Positions 35,272-44,786 of a DNA stretch of 64,000 bases are shown piece by piece. The notes beneath the pieces were generated by a model that did not search any database, was not told the DNA's origin, and saw only the letters and a program-made list of their open reading frames with translations. Every line of letters begins with the position of its first letter. The first letter of the stretch is position 1. Origin of the DNA: Candidatus Uhrbacteria bacterium (lineage in GTDB: Bacteria > Patescibacteriota > Patescibacteriia > UBA9934 > GWF2-40-263); assembly GCA_016206085.1 (NCBI GenBank), contig JACQSF010000022.1:3191-67190 (forward strand). The letters are read 5' to 3'. A program made the position numbers and the translations under genes.

Positions 35272-36456
35272 CTATAATTTCAACGCTTCAATTCCAGGCA
35301 ACGATTCCCCTGATAAAAACTGTAACAGCGCGCCACCGCCCGTTGAGAGCAATGTGAATGTATCAGCCAAATGAAGGGACTCAATCACCGGGAGCGTATC
35401 ACCCCCGCCGACGATTGTGGTCGCCTTTCCGGTTTGCGCCGCGATCGCGCGCGCGATCTCTTGTGTCCCTGCACAAAACTCGGCAATCTCGCAGTATCCG
35501 AGGGGACCATTCCAAAGAATCATCTTGCTCCCTTCAAGCGTTCGAGTAAATAGCTTTCGCGTCTGTGGACCAAGATCCACGATCCTGTCGTTTACCCCAA
35601 TTTCGTCAACGTTTTTCACCTCTTGCTTGGCATCACGTCTGAGTGAATGGACACAGACGACATCAGAAGGAAGAAGAATTTTTTTTGCGTACTTCTTTAA
35701 CAATCGTTTTGCTGAATCAACGGATTCTTCTTCATAAACCGACTTTCCAACCCTCTTCCCTTGGGAGACCAGAAACACGTTTGCAAGGGCTCCTCCCACC
35801 ACCAGACGATCGAGTTGCGGCAAGAACCGCTCGATGATCGGGAACTTTGTGGACATCTTCAGACCGCCAAGCACAAGCACAAACGGACGTTTCACACGCT
35901 CCTCGAGTTTCGCCAAGACGGAAATCTCCGTGGCGAGGAGCGGTCCCGCATAGGATGGCAAGAAGCTCGTGATCGCATCGACGGAGGCATGGGCACGATG
36001 GGAAACCGCGAAGGCATCATTCACATAGAGATCACCCAACTTCGCGAGCGCCTCCGCCAATGAGGGCGCATTCTCTTCCTCACGCTGGTCGAACCGCAAA
36101 TTTTCTAAGAAAATCACATCGCCGTTTCCCATGTTCTCGACTAGCTTTTCTACGTCCTTGCCCACGACCGAACGCGCGACCGCGACCGGCATGCCCAATA
36201 ACCCTGAAAGACGTTTTGCAACGGGCTTCACCGAGTACGCCCAAATTCGTCGTCCCTGTGGACGACCCACGTGTGTCATCACGATCACTTTTGCCCCGCG
36301 CTGCGACAGCCAATTCACATCCACGGCCGAACGGGCGATGCGGCCATGTGGTCCGTCCACGGCGCGTCCTTTCTCAATCGGAACATTTCCATCAATACGA
36401 ATGAGAACGCGCTTTCCCTTCAGGTTCATCGATTGTCCGAGTCTGCGAAGCTTCAT
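35272..36456 (-). CDS. pgk: Phosphoglycerate kinase
   Basis: 394 aa. Motifs KGKRVLIRIDGNVP, NLRFDQREE and STGGGALLQFL. An alternative start is at 36429. Confidence 0.9.
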   Translation of the reverse strand: MKLRRLGQSMNLKGKRVLIRIDGNVPIEKGRAVDGPHGRIARSAVDVNWLSQRGAKVIVMTHVGRPQGRRIWAYSVKPVAKRLSGLLGMPVAVARSVVGKDVEKLVENMGNGDVIFLENLRFDQREEENAPSLAEALAKLGDLYVNDAFAVSHRAHASVDAITSFLPSYAGPLLATEISVLAKLEERVKRPFVLVLGGLKMSTKFPIIERFLPQLDRLVVGGALANVFLVSQGKRVGKSVYEEESVDSAKRLLKKYAKKILLPSDVVCVHSLRRDAKQEVKNVDEIGVNDRIVDLGPQTRKLFTRTLEGSKMILWNGPLGYCEIAEFCAGTQEIARAIAAQTGKATTIVGGGDTLPVIESLHLADTFTLLSTGGGALLQFLSGESLPGIEALKL

Positions 36457-36462
36457 ACCCGT

Positions 36463-36960
36463 CTATCCAAAAAAAATCTTCACCCACGTTGTACGATGAT
36501 CCAGCCGTCGTTCAACAAGAGCATCCAAGCCCCAGACGTGACCAAACCCCCCGAATAGAAAAAACAGAAGAACCGATGCATACATGAGGTGTTCATCAAT
36601 GAGGCCGTACGCGGTATTCCCGACAAAATCTGCGAAGTAATAGAGACCCATCAGGATGATACCAAAAAAGGATGCCGTGCGAACTAAAAGCCCCAGGATC
36701 AGAGCCACACCGATGAGCGTGAGCCCCCACATGTTTAGGAAGTCAACAACACTGCTTCCGGCCAGACTCTGAAACCAACTGGCGAACGGCCCAGTGGCGT
36801 TTTGTAAAAATCCCGCGGCGCTCCAAGCATCCGTTGTCAGCTTTGACAAACCAGAAAAGAAAAAAAGGAAACCAAGAAGGAGGCGCAACAAAACAGCACC
36901 AACCGGAGCGAAGCCCTGGTAGGATCCTTGTGCAAATGCATCAAAGGCTGTCGATTTTCT
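36463..36960 (-). CDS. DoxX-family membrane protein
   Basis: FFFSGLSKLTTDAWSAAGFL and 4 TM helices. I start it at MRKSTAF (36960) because the track start overlaps gap by 98 nt. Confidence 0.6.
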   Translation of the reverse strand, partial: RKSTAFDAFAQGSYQGFAPVGAVLLRLLLGFLFFFSGLSKLTTDAWSAAGFLQNATGPFASWFQSLAGSSVVDFLNMWGLTLIGVALILGLLVRTASFFGIILMGLYYFADFVGNTAYGLIDEHLMYASVLLFFLFGGFGHVWGLDALVERRLDHRTTWVKIFFG

Positions 36961-37969
36961 CATAGTAAAGTTTACCAACGTGTACAGCCATATCGACCAG
37001 GCGCTGGGTGTATCCCCATTCGTTGTCATACCAGGCAAGGACTTTGACGAGATCCCCGTCGACGACGCGGGTGAGATCCAAGTCTACAACGGATCCAAAA
37101 GATGAACCGATAAAATCTGATGAAACAAGCGGCTCTTCGGTGACTCCCAAAATTCCCTTCCATCGTGACGACTTCGCCGCGGCTTTGAATATCTTGTTGA
37201 TCTCTTCCACACTCGTGTTGCGTTTCATGAGAAACGTAAAGTCAGTAAGCGAGACATCCAGACAAGGCACACGCACCGAGATGCCATCGAACTTGTCTTC
37301 CAGACTGGTTACAACTTTTGTCGTTGCTTTGGCGGCACCTGTTGAAGTCGGAATCATGTTGACCATGGCAGAACGTCCGATGCGCAAGTCATCTTTCTTG
37401 CTAGGAAGTCCGTCCACGAGATTCTCGCTAGCCGTCACCGAATGAATGGTCGTGAGCATGGCCTTCTTCACACCGATCTGCTCTTCAAGAATCTGTGCAA
37501 CCGGTGCCGCAGAGTTAGTCGTGCACGAGGCGTTGTTGACCACGTCGTGAGATTTTTTGCAAAGGTGATGGTTGACGCCCATGAGGAATGTCGGCGCATC
37601 ATCCGAGGGAGCGGAGATCACAACCTTTTTTGCTCCCGCCTCAATATGCTTTCGTGCATCAGCTTCCTTGCGAAAAAATCCGGTCGACTCAATCACGACA
37701 TCCACTTTGAGTGCCTTCCAGGGAAGAGCGCTCGGATCTTTCTGTGCAAAGACCGGAATCTTCACCCCGTCGACTTCAATAAAATCCTTCCCAGCCTTCA
37801 CGGACTTGCTCCACGTACGAAACACGGAGTCATGTTTTAACAGATACGAAAGCGTAGCAGGATCCGTAAGGTCGTTGATGGCGACGACCTGAATCCCCTT
37901 GCGCTCACTTGCCGCGCGTAAGGTTGTGCGCCCAATCCGACCAAAACCATTGATAGCGATTCGAAGCAT
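36941..37969 (-). CDS. gap: Glyceraldehyde-3-phosphate dehydrogenase
   Basis: 342 aa. Motifs INGFGRIGR, SNASCTTNSAAP and WYDNEWGY. Confidence 0.95.
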   Translation of the reverse strand: MLRIAINGFGRIGRTTLRAASERKGIQVVAINDLTDPATLSYLLKHDSVFRTWSKSVKAGKDFIEVDGVKIPVFAQKDPSALPWKALKVDVVIESTGFFRKEADARKHIEAGAKKVVISAPSDDAPTFLMGVNHHLCKKSHDVVNNASCTTNSAAPVAQILEEQIGVKKAMLTTIHSVTASENLVDGLPSKKDDLRIGRSAMVNMIPTSTGAAKATTKVVTSLEDKFDGISVRVPCLDVSLTDFTFLMKRNTSVEEINKIFKAAAKSSRWKGILGVTEEPLVSSDFIGSSFGSVVDLDLTRVVDGDLVKVLAWYDNEWGYTQRLVDMAVHVGKLYYEKIDSL

Positions 37970-38020
37970 ACATGTGGATATAAATGATGTGACGATTTTA
38001 TCACTATTATACTGAAACCA

Positions 38021-38044
38021 AAAACAGGGCCTGTGCCCTGTTTT
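38021..38044. terminator. Intrinsic terminator after tsf (bidirectional shape)
   Basis: AAAACAGGGC-CTGT-GCCCTGTTTT, immediately downstream of the tsf stop on the minus strand. Confidence 0.7.
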
Positions 38045-38047
38045 GTC

Positions 38048-38635
38048 TTAAATACTGAATCTCGCAAATCGACGAACCTGCATGTTCTCTCCTAAAGAAG
38101 CAATCTTACTCTTCACGAACTCCTCAATCGTCTGATCCTCGTCCTTGATAAAGGACTGCTCCATCAGGACGATCTCTGAATACCATTTGCTAAGTTTCCC
38201 GTCGACGATCTTGGCAATCACATCCGCCGGCTTCCCGGCTCCTTCCATCTCTGCGGTATAGATCGCGCGTTCCTTCTCAACCATCTCCATCGGGACATCC
38301 GCACGTGTCAGGTACAGAGGATCTAGCGCGCTCACGTGCAACGCAAGGTCATGACAAAATTCAATGAACGCTTCATTGCGCGCGACGAAGTCCGTCTCAC
38401 ACAACACTTCCACCATGGCGCCAAGTTTTCCATTCGAGTGGATATACGCATGAACCCGCCCTTCCTTCGTTTCACGGTCGGCTTTCTTCGCCGCCTTGGC
38501 GATTCCCTTCTCACGCAGATATTGGCCCGCTTTTTCTAAATCTCCACCCATTTCCTCAAGCGCTTTCTTGGCGTCCATCATGCCGGCTCCGGTCATGGAA
38601 CGAAGTTCGGCAACAATTTTTGCGTCGATGCTCAT
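38048..38635 (-). CDS. tsf: Elongation factor Ts (short form)
   Basis: 195 aa. Motifs LRSMTGAGMMDAKKALEE, GIAKAAKKADRETKEG and VEVLCETDFVARNE. Confidence 0.9.
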   Translation of the reverse strand: MSIDAKIVAELRSMTGAGMMDAKKALEEMGGDLEKAGQYLREKGIAKAAKKADRETKEGRVHAYIHSNGKLGAMVEVLCETDFVARNEAFIEFCHDLALHVSALDPLYLTRADVPMEMVEKERAIYTAEMEGAGKPADVIAKIVDGKLSKWYSEIVLMEQSFIKDEDQTIEEFVKSKIASLGENMQVRRFARFSI

Positions 38636-38656
38636 AGGTCAAAGAGCGATTAGTGA

Positions 38657-39406
38657 TTAAACGTCAGCGACTTCCTTCTGAACCGTTGTTTTGACTCGCG
38701 TATCCACGGCAATCTTTTCGGAAGTAGCTTTGCCATCCTTAATCGCATCACAGGCAAGCTTACAGACAAGTTCGATGGATTTCACGGCATCGTCATTTCC
38801 TGGAATGACCTTTGTGATCCCTTCTGGGTTCACGTTGGTGTCACACAGGGCGACCACTGGAATTCCTGTCACTATCGATTCCTGTACGGCGGTCTTTTCG
38901 GTCTTTACGTCAATGACGAAGATGGCATCTGGAATACGCGTGAGGTTTTCAATCCCACCGAACTTCTCTTCCATCTCTTCAATCTCGCGAGAGATCATGA
39001 GCTGTTCTTTCTTGGTGTACTTGCGGAGTTCTCCTTTGTCGCGCTGATCTTTAAGCATCTTCATGCGCTTGAGGGTCTGCTTGATCTGCACAAAATTCGT
39101 AAGCGTTCCTCCGAGCCAACGGTTCTGCACATACGGCATGCCACACGCCTGTGCATATTTCTTGATCGGAGCCTGGGCTTGAAGCTTAGTGCCCACAAAC
39201 AAAATAACACCGCCACGGGAGGCAATGCCTTTGAGGGTCTCAAGGGCGGACTCAAGATATTCTTGGGTCTTCTCAAGGTTAATAATGTGGACGCCCTGGC
39301 GGGTGCCAAAAATGAAGGGCTTCATCTTTGGGTGCCAGCGGCTCGTGGTGTGGCCATAGTGCATGCCGGATTTCAGCATGTCGACCAATGAGGGCATTGT
39401 AGCCAT
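38657..39406 (-). CDS. rpsB: 30S ribosomal protein S2
   Basis: 249 aa. Motifs GMHYGHTTSRWHPKM, ILFVGTK, RWLGGTLTNF and IPVVALCDTN. Confidence 0.95.
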   Translation of the reverse strand: MATMPSLVDMLKSGMHYGHTTSRWHPKMKPFIFGTRQGVHIINLEKTQEYLESALETLKGIASRGGVILFVGTKLQAQAPIKKYAQACGMPYVQNRWLGGTLTNFVQIKQTLKRMKMLKDQRDKGELRKYTKKEQLMISREIEEMEEKFGGIENLTRIPDAIFVIDVKTEKTAVQESIVTGIPVVALCDTNVNPEGITKVIPGNDDAVKSIELVCKLACDAIKDGKATSEKIAVDTRVKTTVQKEVADV

Positions 39407-39487
39407 AGAATGTTTCCTTTTTTACCCTTCCGAAGCTCAACAGAGCGAAGGAGGGCTACGTCGGTGGCGATCTCCAGACCCTAGAAT

Positions 39488-40624
39488 CTAGGGAGGAACT
39501 GGATGATCGTTGTCTTCCACCTGGTTGGTTGAATTACGTGCGGAAGTATAAACAATCCTCTTGTTTTCGTCAATATTTCTTATCGAAATAAACATCGCGT
39601 CACCAAAGGAGAAGAAGCGGTAGTGCTCGCGGATGGCTTCTTGGTATGCGGAAAAAATGTGTTCGCGAGTGGCGAAGGCACTGACCAAAACCAGCAACGT
39701 CGACTTGGGAAGGTGAAAGTTTGTGATGAGCGCGTCGACAACCTTGAACTCGAAGCCTGGGGTGATGAAGAGATTGACATCACCTGTAAACGGTTCGATG
39801 TGGCCATGATGAAGCGCGGCGACTCCCTCCAACGTCCGCACTGTCGTCGTCCCAACCGCGATCACGCGACGACCTTCTTGTTTGGCACGGTTGATGGCTT
39901 GGGTCGTGTTCGAATCAATCGTCACGAACTCGCGGTGCATCTCATGCGCCTCGAGCGTCTCGCTCTTCATTGGACGAAAGGTCCCTAAGCCCACGTGCAG
40001 CGTAACGTAGTGAATCTCAACTCCCTTAGCGCGGATCTTTTCGAGAAGCTCTTGCGTGAAATGAAATCCAGCTGTGGGCGCGGCGACTGATCCCGTTTCT
40101 TGCGCGTACACCGTTTGGTATTGCTCGAGTGTTTTAGGTGTTTCATAAACATATGGAGGAATGGGAATCTGACCATGCGCGTTCGCGTAGTCGAGTACGA
40201 TTTTGTCCGATTGGACAAAATTGATCGTCACGATATCCGATTTTGAAATAACCTTCCCTTCGAGTTCTCCCGCATGAATCGTGTCACCCACGTGAATATG
40301 ACGACCTGGTTTCACAAGCGCCTCCCACATACCGTTACGAGGCCGCAGAAGAAACAACTCAATCGAGGGATTGCTTCGCTGCGCTCGCAATGACACAGAC
40401 TGAACAGTCGCTTCCAGTCGCGCGCGGAAGACCTTTGTGTTATTCATGACCAAGGCATCGCCGGGGTGTAACTCATCGACGATTTCATAAAACCGCTTGT
40501 GCTGTCGTTCTCCTGTTTTGCGACCCACCACCATCAACCTCGAGTGATCTCGGGGTTCCACGGAGTGCTGAGCGATCAGTTCCTGCGGCAAGTCGTAGTC
40601 AAAGAGGGATACCGGTGTGGCCAT
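39488..40624 (-). CDS. queA: S-adenosylmethionine:tRNA ribosyltransferase-isomerase
   Basis: 378 aa. Motifs FDYDLPQELIAQ, NNTKVFRARL, GSVAAPTAGFHFT and VGTTTVRTLE. It carries an in-frame repeat copy (see 40368-40397). Confidence 0.9.
   Translation of the reverse strand: MATPVSLFDYDLPQELIAQHSVEPRDHSRLMVVGRKTGERQHKRFYEIVDELHPGDALVMNNTKVFRARLEATVQSVSLRAQRSNPSIELFLLRPRNGMWEALVKPGRHIHVGDTIHAGELEGKVISKSDIVTINFVQSDKIVLDYANAHGQIPIPPYVYETPKTLEQYQTVYAQETGSVAAPTAGFHFTQELLEKIRAKGVEIHYVTLHVGLGTFRPMKSETLEAHEMHREFVTIDSNTTQAINRAKQEGRRVIAVGTTTVRTLEGVAALHHGHIEPFTGDVNLFITPGFEFKVVDALITNFHLPKSTLLVLVSAFATREHIFSAYQEAIREHYRFFSFGDAMFISIRNIDENKRIVYTSARNSTNQVEDNDHPVPP
40368..40397. repeat. In-frame copy of the GGATTGCTTCG...CTCGCAATGAC repeat inside queA
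   Basis: GGGATTGCTTCGCTGCGCTCGCAATGACACA, read on the coding strand as SVSLRAQRSNPS. It matches the arms at 12264-12310 and 56357-56389. Confidence 0.7.
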
Positions 40625-40655
40625 AGTTCCCCTATCATGCGCGAGCCTGGAAAGA

Positions 40656-40684
40656 TTGACAAATACTGGGGCCGTTGCTATTCT
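40656..40684 (+). promoter_or_regulatory. rpmE-prfA operon promoter
   Basis: TTGACA (40656-40661), 17 nt, TATTCT (40679-40684). Confidence 0.55.
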
Positions 40685-40728
40685 TTCGCCGACAAATCTA
40701 ATAGCACGTATACAAAGCGTGCCACCCT

Positions 40729-41019
40729 ATGAAGAAGGAAATCCATCCAAATTACACCACCAACGCAAAGATCACCTGTGCCTGCGGTGCGACCTACAAA
40801 ATCGGTTCGACCAGCCCAGAACTCCAGGTTGAACTCTGTGCCGCCTGCCATCCATTCTATACCGGTAAGCAGAAGATCATCGATACGGCTCGTCGTGTGG
40901 AAAAATTCCAGGAGCGCTCCGCCCTGAAGACCGGAGCTAAAACGGGTAAGAAGGCAAAAGCCGCGAAGCGCAGCGCGCAGAAGGTTGCCAAACGCGAAGA
41001 GAAGGAAAAGGCTCAGTAG
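40729..41019 (+). CDS. rpmE: 50S ribosomal protein L31 (Zn-ribbon type, Lys-rich tail)
   Basis: 96 aa. MKKEIHPNY..., a CxC...CxxCHPFYTG pattern, and a K/A-rich C-terminal extension. Confidence 0.9.
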   Translation: MKKEIHPNYTTNAKITCACGATYKIGSTSPELQVELCAACHPFYTGKQKIIDTARRVEKFQERSALKTGAKTGKKAKAAKRSAQKVAKREEKEKAQ

Positions 41020-41058
41020 ATGGTACAATCAAGGCGTCCACCAGGACGCTTTTGCATT

Positions 41059-42132
41059 ATGAATCTCATTGAACAACTCCGCTCCAGACGGGAGCACCTC
41101 AAAGAACTGGAAACGCAGCTCTCGTCGGCAGCGGTTCTTTCTGATCCACAAAAAATCCGGGAGGTAAATGAAGCGTACGCGAGTGAGCGTGAAGTTATGG
41201 AAGTTGGCGAGCGATATGAAAAAGCTGTGCGAGACTTAGAAGGCGCCCGAGAGACCATCGCGACGACAAAGGACGCGGAACTTATCGAATTAGCTCAACA
41301 AGAAATTGCCGATGTTGAGTCGCGTCTTCCTGGCCTTGAACACGATCTCACCGTCGCCCTGATTCCCCCCGATCCACTCGACACAAAAAGCATCATCGTC
41401 GAAATTCGAGCGGGGGCGGGCGGAGATGAGTCAACACTCTTTGCCTCTGAACTCTTGCGCACGTATACACTCTATGCAGAAACACATGGGTGGAAGGTTG
41501 AACTTGTCTCGGCTAACCGAAGCGATGTGGGTGGATTCAAAGAAGTCATCGTCGAAATCAAGGGACTCAACGCCTACAGCCGGTTGAAGTATGAGTCCGG
41601 TGTGCATCGTGTCCAACGTGTCCCAGAAACAGAAAAAACAGGCCGTGTCCACACATCCACGGTGACGGTGGCCATCATGCCGGAAGTCGAAGAAGTCGAC
41701 GTAAAGATTCGACCTGAGGATCTTGAAACCCAAGCAACGACCTCACAGGGGGCTGGTGGACAAAGCGTCAACACGACCTATTCGGCCGTGCGCATCACCC
41801 ACATCCCAACCGGTCTCATGGTGTATTGCCAAGAAGAACGTTCGTTCAAACAAAATAAGGAGCGCGCGCTGTCGATTATTCGCTCTCGGGTGTTTGCCCT
41901 TGAACAAGAACGCCTACGGAAAGAACGCGAGGAAGCGCGACGCGGACAAGTTGGAACTGGGGATCGAAGCGAAAAAATTCGTACCTATAATTTCCCACAG
42001 GATCGCCTCACCGATCATCGCATCAACCAAAACTTTCATAATCTCCCTGCCATCATGAACGGAGGATTGGATGAAATTATTGAAGAGCTCAAGCGCGCCG
42101 AAATCGAGCAACGTCTGAGTGAACTGGGATGA
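41059..42132 (+). CDS. prfA: Peptide chain release factor 1
   Basis: Starts at MNLIEQLRSRREHL. Contains PET (PETEKTGRVHTS, a variant of the RF1 PxT tripeptide) and GGQSVNT (GGQ). The track's 13-codon extension is rejected. Confidence 0.9.
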   Translation: MNLIEQLRSRREHLKELETQLSSAAVLSDPQKIREVNEAYASEREVMEVGERYEKAVRDLEGARETIATTKDAELIELAQQEIADVESRLPGLEHDLTVALIPPDPLDTKSIIVEIRAGAGGDESTLFASELLRTYTLYAETHGWKVELVSANRSDVGGFKEVIVEIKGLNAYSRLKYESGVHRVQRVPETEKTGRVHTSTVTVAIMPEVEEVDVKIRPEDLETQATTSQGAGGQSVNTTYSAVRITHIPTGLMVYCQEERSFKQNKERALSIIRSRVFALEQERLRKEREEARRGQVGTGDRSEKIRTYNFPQDRLTDHRINQNFHNLPAIMNGGLDEIIEELKRAEIEQRLSELG

Positions 42133-42133
42133 T

Positions 42134-42784
42134 ATGCAAGCGGTCATCCTCGCAGCTGGCAAAGGCGCGCGCCTGCGACCTCTCACGCATACAATCCCCA
42201 AACCTCTGATCAACATCGGCGGCAAGACGTTGATTGAACGAGCCCTAGAGGCGCTTCCTGATTCCATCGACGAAATCTTTGTCGTTGTGAATCACCTGCG
42301 TGAACAAATCATTGAAACAGTCGGCCCAACATGGAACAACAAACCAATCCGCTACGTGGTCCAGGAACCTCTGAGCGGCACGGCCGGAGCCGTCCACCTT
42401 TTGCGCGGACATCTCTACGGATCCTTCCTCGTCATCAACAGTGACGACCTCTACAAAAAGGAAGATCTAGAGCGGCTGGTTTCCTATCCGCGCTCGATCC
42501 TCGTCTATGAATCAGGCAAGCATCTTGAGGCAGGAGCACAGATCGAGCAGGGTCGATTCACCGGACTGGGATCTGGAAGCCTCGCGGTGTGTGGGGCTTA
42601 TGTCCTTGGATCAGAATTTTTCGATGTGGAGCCGGTCGAAATCTATGTCAACGCTCATCGCGAGTACGGACTTCCACAAACAATCGTCACATTAGCCAAG
42701 CAACAAACGATCACGGTCGTGCAAGCAACATCCTGGCAACAAGTCGGGACACATGAAGAGCTTCAACACGCTCGAACCTTATGA
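42134..42784 (+). CDS. Sugar-phosphate nucleotidyltransferase
   Basis: Starts at MQAVILAAGKGARLRPLTHTIPKPL (the G-x-G-x-R-L signature). Confidence 0.75.
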   Translation: MQAVILAAGKGARLRPLTHTIPKPLINIGGKTLIERALEALPDSIDEIFVVVNHLREQIIETVGPTWNNKPIRYVVQEPLSGTAGAVHLLRGHLYGSFLVINSDDLYKKEDLERLVSYPRSILVYESGKHLEAGAQIEQGRFTGLGSGSLAVCGAYVLGSEFFDVEPVEIYVNAHREYGLPQTIVTLAKQQTITVVQATSWQQVGTHEELQHARTL

Positions 42785-43689
42785 CCATCATGGAAGCCCT
42801 CCAATGGGCCAATAATAAACTACGCAAAGCCGGCGTCGACTCCCCCATGCTCGACGCAGAAATTTTGCTTGCGTACTGCCTAGACACCTCTAAGGCGTGG
42901 TTGTTTGCGCACTTCGCCGACAAACTCAAGTCGCACCAGGAGGAAAAATTTTTTGGTCTTATTGATCGTCGAGAACATCGTGAGCCGGTGGCGTACCTTG
43001 TCGGGAAAAAAGCATTCTATGGACGCGACTTCGTTGTAAACAAGCACGTCCTCATCCCACGACCAGAGACAGAGGTGATGGTTGAGCTGGCGGTCAATGC
43101 GCTTGCAGACAAAGATCCTGAGCGCGCGCTCGTTGCGGATCTCGGTACAGGCTCGGGTGCGATCGCTGTCACACTCGCGGCAGAGACACATCTGCCTGTC
43201 ATCGCCATCGACATAGATACAGAGGCACTTACTGTTGCGAAAAAAAATGCCGAGGTGCTCGCCCTGGAAACGACCGTCGAATTTCAAGCAGGCAACCTCG
43301 CCGAGCCAATCATTCGTATTTTTAAAACCATCCGCGGGTCAACAAATGTCCAGACCTCCTCGGTCTATCCCTTTAAGACGCTTGTTGTCGCCGCCAACCT
43401 TCCCTATCTTTCCGAGGTGAGTATGGACAATCTCCAAGCGGAAGTCCGTCATGAGCCCGAGCTTGCTCTGCGTGCTGGCGTCGATGGATTGGATGCCTAC
43501 TGGGAACTATTCCGCCAATTACGTACTGACCGTAAAATCCTGCCGCGCGAGCTCATCGTGTTCATCGAGATCGACCCCGAGCAACGCCAAGCCGCCGAGA
43601 AACTCATCCTCCACAATTTCCCCAGCGCGAAACTCGAAACCCACCAAGACCTCCACGGTGATGACCGAGTGATCGAGGTGCACATCTAA
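42781..43689 (+). CDS. prmC: Release-factor glutamine N5-methyltransferase
   Basis: 302 aa. Motifs DLGTGSGAIAV and ANLPYL (NPPY-type). 4-nt overlap with the upstream gene. Confidence 0.85.
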   Translation: MTIMEALQWANNKLRKAGVDSPMLDAEILLAYCLDTSKAWLFAHFADKLKSHQEEKFFGLIDRREHREPVAYLVGKKAFYGRDFVVNKHVLIPRPETEVMVELAVNALADKDPERALVADLGTGSGAIAVTLAAETHLPVIAIDIDTEALTVAKKNAEVLALETTVEFQAGNLAEPIIRIFKTIRGSTNVQTSSVYPFKTLVVAANLPYLSEVSMDNLQAEVRHEPELALRAGVDGLDAYWELFRQLRTDRKILPRELIVFIEIDPEQRQAAEKLILHNFPSAKLETHQDLHGDDRVIEVHI

Positions 43690-43719
43690 AACCCCCGCCT
43701 CACAAGGGCGGGTGTTTTT
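43690..43719. terminator. Bidirectional terminator between prmC and the DUF3048 gene
   Basis: AAAACCCCCGCC-TCACAA-GGGCGGGTGTTTTT. Confidence 0.7.
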
Positions 43720-44785
43720 ACTCGATTCGAATGTCTTCCTCGCTCCCCACGATCTCGATCCATGTGATCCCGGCGTTCATCACAATCTCTTCGCCGGTCG
43801 TGCGGTTGTAAAACTTCAGTCGCTCTGAGGAAGACGGTTTTTTCCACATCGCTTCGATCACGATTCCATCTTGGAGAACATATCCCTCTCCTTCTCCTGT
43901 TGTCCGAATCTCCCGTCGTCCGACGTTGTCGATGATTTCGATCTCCGTCACGACGACCGCGATGTTATCGGCGACGATCTGCTCTCCTGCCTCTGTCACA
44001 TGTGGCTCATTAAATTGCGATCGCAGGTACTGTCCGGTCTCTCCGTCATACTTCCAATCTACAAGATACACCGGCGACCAAAAATCGACATGCAGTCCTG
44101 TCCCATCCTTTCCTGTGGGCTCCGGATCCTTCCATGTCCAAAGGTCATAGAGTCGAGCCGGAGCGACACCTGCCTCCTCGCGCACCCGATAAAAAGCATT
44201 CAATAATTCACTGGAGGTAAACACGTTGTGCGGAGCAAATCGATTTCCATTCGCCCGCCAAAAATACTCACCCCACCAGTATTGATTCATATCGAATGTT
44301 CCTCCTGAGGCAATCAAATCAAGAGCTTCGTTGGAGCCACCTACATGCGCGTAAACCGCATCAAATTCACTCGCCCAATCCAAGTAATACGGACGAGCTG
44401 ATCGAACAGGGCCGATCTGCTCCACTTCAACCTCCTGCGAGAAAAACGCCAATATGCGAGATATCCCGGCTTCCACCGGCGCCTCGATCACCAAAAACGC
44501 TTGGTCGATCCCCGCTGGAGGCCAAGCCTCTTCGTGGTTGTCGATCATGACAGAAAAAACTTGGGGGAGATCAATCTGTTCGTACATGGTCACTCCCGTC
44601 AGCGGGTGACGATACAGTGTTTGTGACACATCTGACTGCTCCGTCTCCCCTTCCTGAATGCGGAACACGAACTTTGGCAACACGGCAGCCACCAACACCG
44701 CCAAGACCAGCACAACAAGAAGACCGACCAACATGAGCCGGTCGGTTTTCTTGATCCGTGCGATGAGGCTACGGATATCGATCAT
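43718..44785 (-). CDS. DUF3048 domain-containing membrane-anchored protein
   Basis: 355 aa. FSVMIDNHEEAWPPAGIDQAFLVIEAPVEAGISRILAFF is typical of DUF3048. Confidence 0.75.
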   Translation of the reverse strand: MIDIRSLIARIKKTDRLMLVGLLVVLVLAVLVAAVLPKFVFRIQEGETEQSDVSQTLYRHPLTGVTMYEQIDLPQVFSVMIDNHEEAWPPAGIDQAFLVIEAPVEAGISRILAFFSQEVEVEQIGPVRSARPYYLDWASEFDAVYAHVGGSNEALDLIASGGTFDMNQYWWGEYFWRANGNRFAPHNVFTSSELLNAFYRVREEAGVAPARLYDLWTWKDPEPTGKDGTGLHVDFWSPVYLVDWKYDGETGQYLRSQFNEPHVTEAGEQIVADNIAVVVTEIEIIDNVGRREIRTTGEGEGYVLQDGIVIEAMWKKPSSSERLKFYNRTTGEEIVMNAGITWIEIVGSEEDIRIE

Positions 44786-44786
44786 G

